From Rhizaria sp. SCN 62-66 (taxonomy: Eukaryota), in the NCBI GenBank assembly GCA_001724265.1, contig MEDY01000057.1:62001-102592 (forward strand): a DNA stretch of 40,592 bases, written 5' to 3'. The position numbers and the translations under genes are program-made. The notes under the pieces are model-generated. The model ran no database searches. It was not told where the DNA came from and saw only the letters and a list, made by a program, of their open reading frames with translations. The stretch's first letter is position 1. Each line of letters opens with the position of its first letter. Shown piece by piece: positions 9,423 through 21,900 of this stretch.

Positions 9423-12101
9423 TTACACATCCAGGGAATCGGCATGGCTTTCATCAATCTCCCCTACCTCGTCACGACTATTATTAATCTCCCCTTCTTG
9501 GTCATTAATGCCCACATCATCATATTCATCATCGTCCTCTTGTGTGTCTTCCTCGTCCTGCTCCGTGACGCGCTTCGTAAATCCAAGGTGCATCATGTAA
9601 TGATTCTGAACTGAGTTCCCCACAAAACATTTGTCCAGATGGAGGAAATTCTCAAAGCTACGCAGCAATTTGTCGTCAAAGGGTGTGGCACCATAGTCTC
9701 GATTGGAAGGCACGCCGCCGCGTACACATGATAGCACACGGCCGACAGGCACAGCGCCGCCCAACAGGCGTGCGGAACATGGCTTGAATGTAATGAACAC
9801 GGGGGTGTCGGACTTACCAAACCATTGGCGGCGCAGAAATTGTGCCGGGGTGACTGCGCGGGGATACGTCAGTACCGTACCGACAGGGTAAGTCACGTCA
9901 GCATCCGCTGCGGGCGCAGTAAACTCTCCAAAAACAAGGTCGATCTCCGGTATCGTTAGAGTCTTAGGAGCGCATGGTTCGGAGGACACGTTATTAAAAA
10001 GCGTAATGAACGGTAGATCAGCAATATTCAGGCCGTGCGGTGCACAACACCGGTGGACGTGAGTGCAAAGCGCGCCGGATACGGCTGCAACTCGGTAATG
10101 CGCAGCGTGGCTCGGAAAGCGTGTTTCGTCAACCCGGACGATCATCTGATACACTTCTGGCCAGGGGTCGTAGAAACCCACTTCCACCAACAAATCATCC
10201 ATGTCGTGCTTTGAATCAACTGTCGCCTTCGCATGCGCATGAATAAGCTCGCGGGCACGCGCGTGCTGCACCGCCAGCGCTGCAGCGGTCGGTGTGCCGC
10301 TGGTAGGCCGCGCTGGCAGAGGACGCAGCTTGTACTCGCGCACGTTCTCCTAGTACTGCAGTCGCCGTGGGTAGCCGTAGTCCTCAAGCGTATGTGCGAT
10401 GTACGCGTCGTGAGCCTCACGCCAGCAACCGCCGAAGGGGTGTGCAAATGCATGCAAGTCTGCGACAGTCTGCTGCATGTCTTCTTCCGCATCGACTGGA
10501 TCAGCAGCAGAAACTACGTTCAAATGAGTAAGTACCTCACGTAGCTGCGCGAGCTCCTGAAATGCGGACTCATTTTCAAGTAAGCAGTCGGCAAAGCGCA
10601 AGATGTCAAGCGATTGTGGCCCACGCTCCTGACGAAACATCTCGGCAAAAGCGACCCTGAGGCCTGGCACGTCATGCGTTGTAGTCACAACTGGGGAATC
10701 GTCATTCATAACGAACATGCGCCGCAGCACGCGCAGCAGCACCGCCACGGTGGACCCCTCTGCGCGTGTGTGGCGCAGTCCAGCAGCGTCACCGGGCCAA
10801 AGAGCAACTGCATTAAGCATACCGACACAGCCCCGGATAGCGTGGTTCTGGCACAGCAAAAATGCCATCGCTGCTTTGTCCTCAGCGGCAACCATTGTGT
10901 TATCATACAACTGGGCCAAGTGGCTCTGCACCTTCATGTCAGCGGGATATAATTCGATATTTGCTGGAATCATTAATGCAACGCTGGGTCCTGAAAGCAA
11001 CTCCTGCGCAAACCATGGGAGCGTTGCTCCAAGACGTGCCAGTAAGCCAGTCAGTGGCACATGTGATGACGGGTTCCACCGCTGCCGCTCGTTGACGATT
11101 GTGAGGAGTGAGGTCCGGCGCAATCCCGTGAATACGCTCTCAAGCGTCGCGTTGTCGAGACGCGACGCGCACTCACACAACATAGACACGGAGGAGACCT
11201 CGCCGCTAAGCGGGGAATCTGCGCGCAGCCTGCTCGCTTCAAAGGTTTGCAGCACAGTGTCGATTTGATCGTTGCGCGCAAAGGCGGCCGCAATGGCGTC
11301 GTCAGCGCGGAAAAGGCCGGTCAGCGCCCCGTAGACACTAGCTTGAATCGCAGCGTCTTCATCCGATATCGTTGAGTGCATTTGCAGCGCCTTCTCCAGC
11401 AGCGGCACGAGCGTGGCCACTGTGTCGGAGGGCGGGGGTGCACCGTGAGAGAGCAAAGCAGACACTGCGGCGCAGAGAGTCTCGATGTGCGCGTACACCT
11501 CGCGCTCAGCCTCCCAAAATCGGCCCTCCTGAGTCCAGTCCGTGTCATTTGGTTGCCGCTGCTCGCGCATTTTCCGCCGCTTCTTCTTTGTTGCCTCGAG
11601 TTGCATTTCCGACAGCTCCAGGTTCCACTGCGCGTAGGTCAACACGTGCGCTAATGCGGCGTGTCGGACCTGGTCGGACAACGCAGGTGACTGCGCGACG
11701 CCGCTCACCACGCGCAGCACGCGTTTTTCCAGCACGTTGCCGGGCTAGTCGGACAGCAGGGCAGCGACCCGTTCGAGAGCGGAGCCAGCGGCGATCGAGT
11801 CGCAGCCAGCAGCGTCACGGTGGATGTAGTGGTGCTGTACGTTGGCGATGATTTCGAACACTTTGAGGACACCATCAGTGCGTCGGATCACGTCAACATC
11901 GGTGTCTGTCGGAAGCTGGAACACCCGTGACAGCAGCTCAGTGATAGCATAACCGTGCGTCACTGTAACTTCGTGAGTCTTGAAGTATCGGTCCGGTTCA
12001 GTAATCGAGGCCACAAGCGCCGTGAGATCGGAAAGGTTGGTCGACAAGCCCTGCACAACGGCCATCGCCACATGAACCTGCCTAAGCTCATAGTCGTCCA
12101 T
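9423..12101 (-). CDS. Uncharacterised family X protein, paralogue 1 (892 aa): helical ARM/HEAT-like N-terminus plus His/Cys-rich C-terminal domain; 2 in-frame TAG
   Basis: ORFs 11745..12116, 10350..11735 and 9423..10343 share one frame and are separated only by TAG at 11747-11745 (LLSD*PGNVLEK) and 10352-10350 (RRLQY*ENVREY). The ATG at 12101 (MDDYELRQVHVAMA) lies at about the same position as the paralogue starts; stop is TAA. The joined protein aligns along its length with the paralogue at 37543..40200. Confidence 0.85.
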
Positions 12102-12947
12102 CGCGCGCTCGTGCAAAACCCATGCGGGCTCGTTCGTGCTTTGTGTAGGGCTTTATGTCAGAATCAATAACAACATCAAAAGATACGACCATAACAATGA
12201 CACTGTTAGATTGCATAGGACTCAGACGAATAAGAATTGTTGAGACTACAGAGAAATGTGGTAATACTAAATGGGCCCTAGAATTTAGTTTGTATATTGA
12301 TTTACACGCTGTCAGAGTTTCAGTTGTAGAAAATCCTCCCAAAAAACTGTCGCAAACTCGACTTCGTTTCTACCACATGTCATTTTTGTATCACTAGACT
12401 TTGGCAATGTTGATTGCGTGTCTCAGTGATACCTTTATATACATCGATATAGTTAACTTTTATTGGTGTATAACGTGCTGATCATTTTTGATTTAGTGTT
12501 GATTTTAACGTGGAGTGATATTTGGCAAGCAAATTCCTCATATGTATGAATTTTAGCGAGAATTCATGAATCTTCCCCGACTATATGTACCTCTACGCGA
12601 GTTTTAATAACGTGAATAGGTTTTGCCTCAGCTCTAAACAGTGGATTTATTAAGGTTACACGCTGGAACCACTGTTCTATAAGCATATCCTTCATAATTA
12701 CATCCCACCACACGCGGTTTTGAAGTTGCCACAAATGGTCCACGTCGAGTGCGTGCGAAGTTTCGAATAAGATTTCGCTGCGAATAAGTTGTTTATGATC
12801 TTTTGACGTTGGGCATCTCAACTTTCAGAACTTTTAAAGTATGTGCATATATTATATTTCTCTGTCGGGAATGCATAGCATGAAGTCTAGACAAGACTGA
12901 CAGACCGACGTCCCACAATCTCTTTTCATACTTGTGATGTAGGCAGG
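12102..12947. promoter_or_regulatory. AT-rich divergent intergenic region, probably a shared/bidirectional promoter region for X1 and gene B
   Basis: 846 nt of AT-rich sequence between head-to-head start codons (12101 -, 12948 +). No specific element identified. Confidence 0.5.
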
Positions 12948-15900
12948 ATGGAGAGCAAGCGCGATGCAAGTGCATGGGACGGCGTCGCGAGCTTAAATTC
13001 TGTTCGCCGAAACATTAATGATCTCACGCCTGACCTTCGGCTCGACGTCAAAGATGTTCGGCAAGCTGAGAAGACCGCTGTGGCTGGCACGGCGGCTCTG
13101 ACCCGTCCGTCGGCCGGCCCGTCGCGCGCCGACGTGGACGCCGCTGGCAGCGAGACCCTCGCCGCAATCGCGTCCTCCATCGACCGCGGAACCGTGTTTG
13201 CCCGCGTTGCCGCCCTCCGCAGTATCCTTGCCCGCTCTTCCTCCGACCACACCCATACCTCATCTGCCTCCGCTGACAACGCGTCTCTCAACGTCGGCGG
13301 GGGCGTCGACATCGACACTCTCTTCCCGGGGCTCTTCGCGCCCGTCGCGACCGCACCTACCGCGAGCGCCACGTCCGAGCCGACCACGCACTCACCTGAC
13401 TCTGCTCGGAGCTCTATCTCTGTTCCGCCTGTTGTTAGCAGCCACCCTGCGGCGCCGTCGCTGCCCGCCTGTCTCCGCGGCGCGCTCCCCGGTGCTGCAC
13501 TGAACCTCTACGACTTCCGCTCGGGCACGCTCCCGCAGGGCGCCTCGGTAGGTTTCTCCACGCCCACGCACCCTTTACTGCGTCTCTGGCTCAACCTTCC
13601 GCCCGTCGCCGCCAGCACTCACGCTGCGACTGCAACTGAGCCTGGCTTTGTGATCATCGCCGAGGCCCGGTGCGCGGCGCTGCCGCAGCAACCGCTCCCG
13701 CTGCTCGCACTGCATCCCGCCTCTGCACCGCTGCCCGCGCTCCACCCCGCACTGCCGTCGTCGTCCACCCCTGCTACTACCGACACATCATCCCAGTCTA
13801 CCGCGACCGCGAATGCGGCGGACAGCGCACTGACCCGTGCGCTGCCCGCCGCGGCCGCAGACGACGTCCCCGCGTCGCTGCTGCTTGACCCCACCGGCGT
13901 CCTGCGCCTCGCTGGCCCCGCCGCCTCCGCCGGTCTCAACACACTGACCGCAGGCGCTAGCGCTGGCGCGGGCGCGGGCGCTGGGAAGATTACCGCAGGC
14001 GCGGGCCGCATGCGCGTCGGCGCCACTCACCGCATCGCTCTCAGCTGCATTCCCGTCTCCGCTACCGCGGCCTCGACCTCTGCCGCTGGCGCTGCCACAG
14101 GCGCTGTGACTGGCGCTGTCACGGGCTATGACGTGACGCTGGTGGTCGACGGCGTGCCCTGTGGCGCCGCGCGTGTGCCCGCCTCTGCGCCGGGTCGTCT
14201 CGCCTCACTGGGCCTCGCGCTCGACTTCGCTATCCGCGACGCCGCCACCAACAGTACCGCCGGCAAGCCCAGCACCGCTCGCGGCGGCGGCGGTGGCGGT
14301 GTGGGGTCGGGCGAGGTTGCGCTGCGCATGGTGACGGTCGCGCGCGCCACGGGCGCATCCGCCGCTGACACCGCCGCCTTTGCCTCCGCGGCCCGCTCAC
14401 TCGTCTTTGGCAGCGCCACGCCCCCCGCCGTGGCCGCCAGCGGGTCTGCAGGCGCCAACGCCGCCGCCGTGGACGCTGTGGCCGCGGGCGCGGTCGCCGG
14501 TCTCGACGCTGCGGCGACGGCGGACCCGCAGCTCTTCGCGGGTTTCGCGCTGTCTCCGCTGTACGACCGCCCGCCACCACTGTGGGCGCACCCGCTCTTC
14601 GTGCGCCTGCTGCTGCCGGCGACGGCCGCGCCCGTGGCGCCGCATCTGGCCACCGCCGAGCTGGGCAACTTCGGCCGCGCACTCGTTCTCGCGCTGCGCG
14701 GCATGCTCGCCGCCGCTGGGCCGCCGCCCGGGGATGCAAGCACAGCTGTTGCGCTCGCGCCCGCGCACGCACACGGCGCCGGCGCGCGTATGGCCGCCGC
14801 CGCTGCTGCCCGCGCCAGCGCCAACGCTGGTTCCGGTGCCGGCGCGAACGGCGGCTCTGCTGGTCCGGGTCCCGCTGGCGTTGTCGCTGGCGCTGGTACT
14901 GGCGCCAGTGACGGTGCGACTGCGACTCTGTCTCCGCAGCACGCGCCGTCGCCGCTGCTGTCGGCGCTGTCTCCGCTGCGGCGCGCAGCTCTGGCATCGG
15001 TCGTCGCTGCCTTCACGCGCGCGGCCGGGCTGTTCCGTACCGTCGCCGCGGCGGGCCAGACGGTCGGCGCGCAGACCCAGTACGGCGGCGCGCTGGCCGA
15101 GGCCGTGGCGGCGCTGGGCGAGGGCGAGGCCGTCGTGCTGCCTCTCGCGCTCTACCAGCCCGGCGTGCGCGACGGCACTACACCCCACACGCTGCCGTAC
15201 CTGGTCCTCGCCGAGCGCGGCACCACCAGCTCGAGCGACCTGTTTACGGTCACGCTCGTCAACGCCGCGGTTGGCACGGGGCTGCTGCACCACGCCTGCG
15301 ACGTGGCGACCCCCGAGCGGCCGCCGCGGTACGAGCTGTCCTTCCCGGTAACGCGTGTGCCGCGTCACCGCGCCGTGGACCCCGCGTTCTGGTTGCTGCT
15401 CGCCTCGCTCATCTGGCCCCTGCGCGGCGCCAACGCGGGCGCGCTGGCCCGGGACGCGCTGTACACCGCGGCGCTGCCCGCGCTCGCTGGCCGGCCGCTC
15501 GCCGCTATCGCAGAGGCCGCTGAGGCAGACCTCGCACAGGACGCCGTCGCCGCCTCGGGCTCGGGTGTCCTGCAGCAGTCCGCCGCCGCGTCCGCTGCTG
15601 CGAAGTCTGAGGTTACCGCGGAGTCGCCCGATGACATCCCTGCCGTCATCGCTGCCACCGCCGTCGGCGTCGCTGCTGCAACTGCGACGGTGACCAGTGG
15701 CGATGACGGCCCTAGCACGCTGCTGCCTGCGCGCGCCGCGGCCGCCGGCGCCGCCGCTGGCCAGCGCGTGCTGCAGCCCTCCGCGCTGCCGCTGGGCCCC
15801 GGCTGTGCGGCGGCGCTGTGCTGCGAAGCCCTGCGCTTCTTGCTTGCGCACCGCGGGTTCAGCGCCGCCGAGACCGCACTGGTGGACCTCGCGCTGCGGT

Positions 15901-18900
15901 GCCGCGTGCTGCAGCTGGTCCACAGCGACATGGCTACGGCACACGCGCTCGCCGACGCCGACGCCGCGGCCCTGCACGCCGGCGCCCGCAACGTTGCCGC
16001 CGCCGCGCTCACGGTCGCCGAGCCCGCCGACGGCGCGCGCCCGCTGCTGGGGCTATCAGCGCTGCACGTCGTCACAACCTCGCTCTGCGGGTTTACGCGC
16101 CTGATCGAGCGCGCGCTCGAGCGCAACGGCGACCGCGCCGCCGCCGCCGTGCCCGCGGCCGTGTACGGCGACGACGGCGGCCGTGCGCGGAGTTCGCAGA
16201 ACTCGCTCGTGCCTTTCCTTGCCTCGCTGCAGCCGCCGGCGCTGTCGGTGTCAGCGCTCGAGGGACCAATGCAGAGCAAGCCTGCAACAATGCCGTTGGA
16301 TCTGACCCGCCTCACTGCCGGCGCGCCTGTCCGCACGCTCGCCGCCGCGCTGGACGCGCTGCACGCCGTGGCCGAGGCCGTGCTGACAGCGCGCCAGGAG
16401 GGATTCATCCAACTCGAGGACCACGTCGTGATGGCGATTGTAACCCACCTCGTCACGCACGTGCTCCCACTCCCGCGCGCGCGCTTCTCACCCCTCACCG
16501 CGGGCTCCGACGAGCGCACCAACGCACATACCGTCTGGGACGCGCCGATGACGCGCGCGCAGCAGGCCGCCGCCGTGGCCTCGGTGTGCGTGCTCGCCCA
16601 CGCCGTGCGCCGGTCTGCCTCCACTCTGCCACCGACGCCCGCGTTCGAGGCGCAGAAGCTCATCGTGGCGGGCGCGCTCGTGGTGCTGGCCGACAGCGTC
16701 ATGCGCCGCTTCGCCTCTGACTACCCGTCGCCGGTGTCGCACGCACTGCTCTCGCAAGGCTTCGGGCCGTCGCTGGTGGCGTTCGTCGAGCAGACGATGA
16801 CAACGCTGGCCTTCACGCCCGAGCTGCACCTGCTGCGCGGACACATCATCCAGTATGTTGCCGACTGCGGGGCCCGCAAGCCCATTTTCGTGCTCAACAA
16901 GGGTCAATACGGCTCCGTCTGTGGCGACTTTGCGACGGCCGTGGCGCAGAGGGCCGGCGTCATCGGTAAAAGCAATGAGAACGGCACTTCGTTCCAGATG
17001 TCACTGCTCATGACGGGCGAGGAAGGCACCTCGCTGTCCTTTGTCCCCGAATTCATGCCCTACCGCGAGGTACTCACGATCTTCTCTTTCCTGCAGTACG
17101 ACGTCACCGCGATGGCTGAGGCTGACACCATCACTCCTCTGACGCGGTACGGCGCCAACGTAACTGACGGACCCACGTTGCGTCTCAAACCCTACTCGTA
17201 CCTCAGCATTAACCAACTCGCGCGCAAGAGCAAATTCGCCTCCGGACTCTCTGTGGCGCAACTCCTCACTGCGAACGCTAGCAATGCGGCCACCGCTGGC
17301 GCTGGCGGTGGTAGCGACGAGAAGGATGGCAACGCGACTGCTGTTGCCTTGGCCCCTGTGGTCACGACCGAGACGGACCTGCTGCACGTGCCGCTGCTGC
17401 CGATGTTCGACTCGACGCTGCGCCAGTCTGACGCCGAGCTCTTCCTCTCGTACCTCACGGTGCCATACCTGCGGCTCCCGCTGCTGCTGCAGTTCTTCGC
17501 CTCTGACGACCGCATCCAGGCGCTGCGCTGCGCCGCTCTGCGCGACACGCTTGAGGCCGCGCTGTTCGAGCCCGGCGCGGCGTACGCGCCCGCGGACCTG
17601 CTTGTCTGCGCGCCCGCCCGCTGCACGCGCCGCGCCAGGCCCGTCGCGCCCGTCGGCTGGGAGAGCCACGACGAGGACGGCAGCGACGACTCGTCCGACA
17701 GCGACAACGCCGACGGCCAAGACGGCGCGGGCACCGCCCTCGTGGCAGCGGCGCGCGGCGCTAAGAAGGTGCTCGAGTCACCGTACGCGCTCGCCACCGC
17801 CATCAACCTCGCTGAAGCTCCGCTGCGGCGCCCCGACGGCACGTGGCAGCGCAGTCTCGCGCGCAAGCAGCGCGCCGAGGCCGCCGCCGCCGTCGCCGCA
17901 GCGGCCTCTGTCGGCGCCGCCAGCGCGCAAGTCCCAATCGCGTCCCCGGGCGCTCTGACGGGCGCTGCGGCGGGCGCTGCGACCGTTGCCGGCGCCGACA
18001 GCGGCGCGACTGCCGCCCCTGGCGCCGCAGCACCTAGCGCTGCCTTTACGAGTCCCTACGGCGCGCTGATGACGGAGCTGCGGCACGCGCCGGGCCCGCT
18101 GTTGGCGTGCGTGGCGGAGCTGGTGGAGCAAGCCACGCGGCTCGACACGGACTCCGTCATGGGCGGCTCTGTGGCGACGATGCTCGCCGTGTTCCGCCTC
18201 GCCGCGCAGGTCGAGGGCTACGCGGGCGCCGTTGTCTCCGCGATGGCCGCGGCCGCCGCGCTGCCGCCGCAGGCCGAGATGCCGGCGCCCGCGCAGACGC
18301 GCGCGCTCGCCGCGCAGCGGTGCTTCGAGAGCCGCAGCGGCGACGGGCTGGCGTGGTCGTGGGCGTCGTGGTCGGCGCTGCCAGCCACCGAAGCCTGCGC
18401 GCATGCACTGCGCAAGGGCTGGCGCGCACTGCGGCAGCTGCTGCGGCAGCGCGCGCTGCCGATCCTGCTGCAGTGGGCGAGCCAGCTCACGACAGCGTAC
18501 CGCGCGCTGCTCTCGGACAAGGGCGCCGCGGCGGGGGGCGCGGATGGCGGCGCCGCGGGGGCTGGGACGGCCGAGGCGAGCACGTTCGTCACGAGCCGGC
18601 GCCGTGCGGCGCTCAAGAAGCTTCTTGAAGAGCAGAAATCGATGTTTGACACGATTGACTGCATGAGCAAGGACAGTCGCCGGATCAAGAACGCCTCGAA
18701 CAAGTCTCTCTCGCGCGCTGAGCTGGAGCTGGAGCACTGCCGCTTCATCAAGACGACTGACCGCGAGCAGCGCGACGACGAAGCGGGCGACGACCTTAAC
18801 GGGGACCCGGAGCCCGCGAAGGGGCTTGGGGGTCAAGCCCATCACTCGATGTCCCGGCATGCCGCGCGCGCCTCGCAGGCCGGTGGGAGCTCTGGTGCCG

Positions 18901-21900
18901 GGCGCAATCGCTCGAGTGCAGAGCTTTTTGCGGCTTTTGAGGCCGATCAGCGCTGTGTCAACGCCGCCTCCATCGGTGGCGACAATGGCGGCAGCAGCGC
19001 AGGCTCTCCCGTCGAGGCATGTGCACGGCTCATGAGCGACGTCCGCGCGCACATCGTGCTGCTGCTGCGCACGGAGACGCTCTCGTCGCTCACGGCCGCG
19101 CCGGCGCGGGCTTCTGCCGCGCTCAACTCGATCATGTTCCTGTCGATGCGGTACTCGTTCGGCGGCAAGCTCATGGCGTCCGATTCGGCCGTGTTCGAGG
19201 CGATGCGTGTGCTCACCACTCCACTCGTGCTCTGGCTGCGTCGCCTCAGTCAGCGCGCGCTCGATCGCGTCTTGAACTGCGCCCGCGATGTCTCAACCGT
19301 CGTGGCCGACGGCGTCCCGCGCACCACGCCGCTGTCTGAGTCCTCGGAAGCCGCGATTGTGCCAGGGGAGCTCCTCGGTGTGCCCACTGTGCCGGCATTC
19401 TCGCGCCAGATCTCATTTCGCTCACTCAGCGCCTCGCTTGGTGGCGGCAGTGACGATGCGACTGCGGATCCCGCCGCCACTATGCACGGCACTTCTGCTG
19501 GGGCACCCGCTGAGTCGCTCTGGGGCTCTGACCCTATCGCCGCCCGCGCAGTCGCCAGCCGCGCCGCCCTGTCTGCGCTGTCCACAGTCGACGCTGTGGA
19601 AACTGCGCAGTCGTGGGAGTACGTCCCGGGCCCCGTGTGCTTCGGCCGCTTTGTCATCGCCCCCAAGCCCGCGGTGCGCGGCGCTGACGGCGCTGACGGC
19701 GAGAGTGTCGCCGCAGACGCGGCTGCTGTACCCACGGCCGGCCGCAAGGCGCTCAAGAAGAGTGTCGTGCTTGATACGCAGACGTGGCAGATGTCGCTAC
19801 AGGGCTCCGACGTCACGACGCTGCCGCGCAACGTTTCCCGTGACAAGGACGTCGTCGACCTGCTCAGCGGCGGCGAAATTCAGGGCACGCGCTTGCGCGC
19901 CGCCGCCAACTGCACCGTGTACCGTCTACTGCAGAACGACTACACGGTGGCGCAGTGGAACAAGGCCGTGCAGCATATGACAACGCCGGTAGACCGGCCG
20001 TACTCGCGCGACACGCTGCCCGCGGCCGACGCGTGGATTGCGCACCTCATGGAGCCGCTCATCCAGGTTCACTACGCAGGTCTGCCCGTCACCTTCGGCT
20101 TCTCCGCCCCGCGCGCGCCGGCCGCGCGTGCCGTGTCGATCTACGTCGTCGACACGCGCACAATGTCAGTACGGCACGAGATTGTGCTCCACAAGAACCG
20201 CTTCATGTCGACCATCTTTACCGTCGCCAACCACGGCCAGCGCTTCTTCCGCACGCTGCACTGGTGCTCCGACGTCAACTTCTGTCTCGGCGCGCTGCTG
20301 CCTGACTCGGAGGACCGCCACCGACAGCCCGGTGAGTGGGAGCGCCGCGCTTCGGTGTGTCCCGACGGCGACTTCACGCAGCCCATCTCGCCCTCGGTCT
20401 CGGTTATTACGCGCAACTCAGCTGTCGTCGAGAACCTCAGCGGCACCGAAGAGACGTTTATGCCCGCGCGTCTGCTCAACGGACTGCTGCCCCAGGCGCT
20501 CACCGAGCGCTACCACTTTTGGCAGGACGAGCTCGGCGCGCTTCGCGGTTACCCGCGCGCGAGCCTTGCGCCCAACACCGTGGCACCGCTGCCGCCGGGC
20601 CATGCGGCGACGGTCATTTACGTCGACATCTTCGCCGTCAGCGCCGCTGCTGCTGTCGGTCAAAACGTTGTCGTTGGCCGCGTCGTGCGCATGCCGCGCG
20701 CGCTGATGCAGCGCCGCGCCGCCGCGGCGCAGCAGCTCGACCTGCTGGAGAAGCGTCGCGCAGCCGATGCTGCTGCTGGCATCACCGATTCTGACGCCGA
20801 AGTTTTTGCCAGAACCGCGGCGATCAGGGCGGCGGCGGAGGCGGACCTTTTCGTGTCGCCCACGGAGCTGGCCGAAGTGGAGGAGCTCGTCGACCTGCTC
20901 TACGCGCCACGCTACGGTCTGCCGTACCAGGTGGCCACGACGCTCTCGCGCCTCGACACGCTCTCGCACCTGCTCGCGTGGAAGCGCTGCACGGGCGAGG
21001 CCGTCGAGCTGGCCGGCGCGGTCCGCCGCGGGACGACGGTCGCGCAGACAGGGCCCGCGCACCCGCTCTGGGGCCTTGCTGACGCCGACGACGGGCATCT
21101 GGCGCAATTTGGCGCGGATGACGCCGCGCGCACCGTGCTGCACATGCACAACGTCGAAGTGCCGCGTCTGGGCCTCTCGTTCGCGGTGCGGCGCTCGCCC
21201 GAGGACGGCAGCTTCCTGCTCTACTCGCGCGACCACCCCGACCTGCACGTCGCCGTCGACGTCCCGCAGCGCGCCAATACCGCGCTCGAAGGCATCCCGC
21301 ACGCGCTGCTGCTGCGCAACGAGCGCGATGAGCTCTCGGTGATGATTCCGGCCGCGGACCCACGCAGGCCGAACGTTTTCTCGTCGCCGCTGTCGAGCCA
21401 GCTCGTGCTGGAGCGCGGGCAGCCGCAGTGGTGTTCCGCGCTCGGCCGGGGACACTACCTGTACCGGCTGCATGTCACGCTGCCTGTGCTGTCGACGTCA
21501 TCACGCGCTGCCACGCTGTACCTCGCGCTGCTACTACTGCTCGCGCGTCGCTACTGCGACGTCTTCGCTCTGCTCGACACGCTCACCGCCGACACCGCCT
21601 TCACCCGCGAAGAGGCGACGATCATTGCCGCGTTCGGAGAGGCCAACGCGGACGTCTCGGCCGCCGCGTGCGCGTGCCGCATCAAGCTCGCGCTGTGCAT
21701 GGATAGCACCCACATCCGGCTGCCGTGGTCTGTGCGCACAACGCACGGCTTTTACGCGCAGCGCATCGACTCGCTCCCGTCGTTTGCGCGTCTCCCACAC
21801 CACGACGAAGTCCGCCTGCTCCGCCGCTACTGGACGCCGTCCGCGGTCGCGCACCTGCGCCGCCACCTGCGGCTGCCGCGCGGCGCGATGCTCGAGCCCT

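Noticed and set aside
9330-9425. TAA also reassigned (standard ciliate-type UAR=Gln code), since X1 could read on 30 codons to a TGA
   Set aside because: No TAA occurs inside any conserved coding region, even in the AT-richer X2. TAA coincides with the shift to AT-rich DNA at the ends of genes A and B and with the expected cofilin C-terminus.
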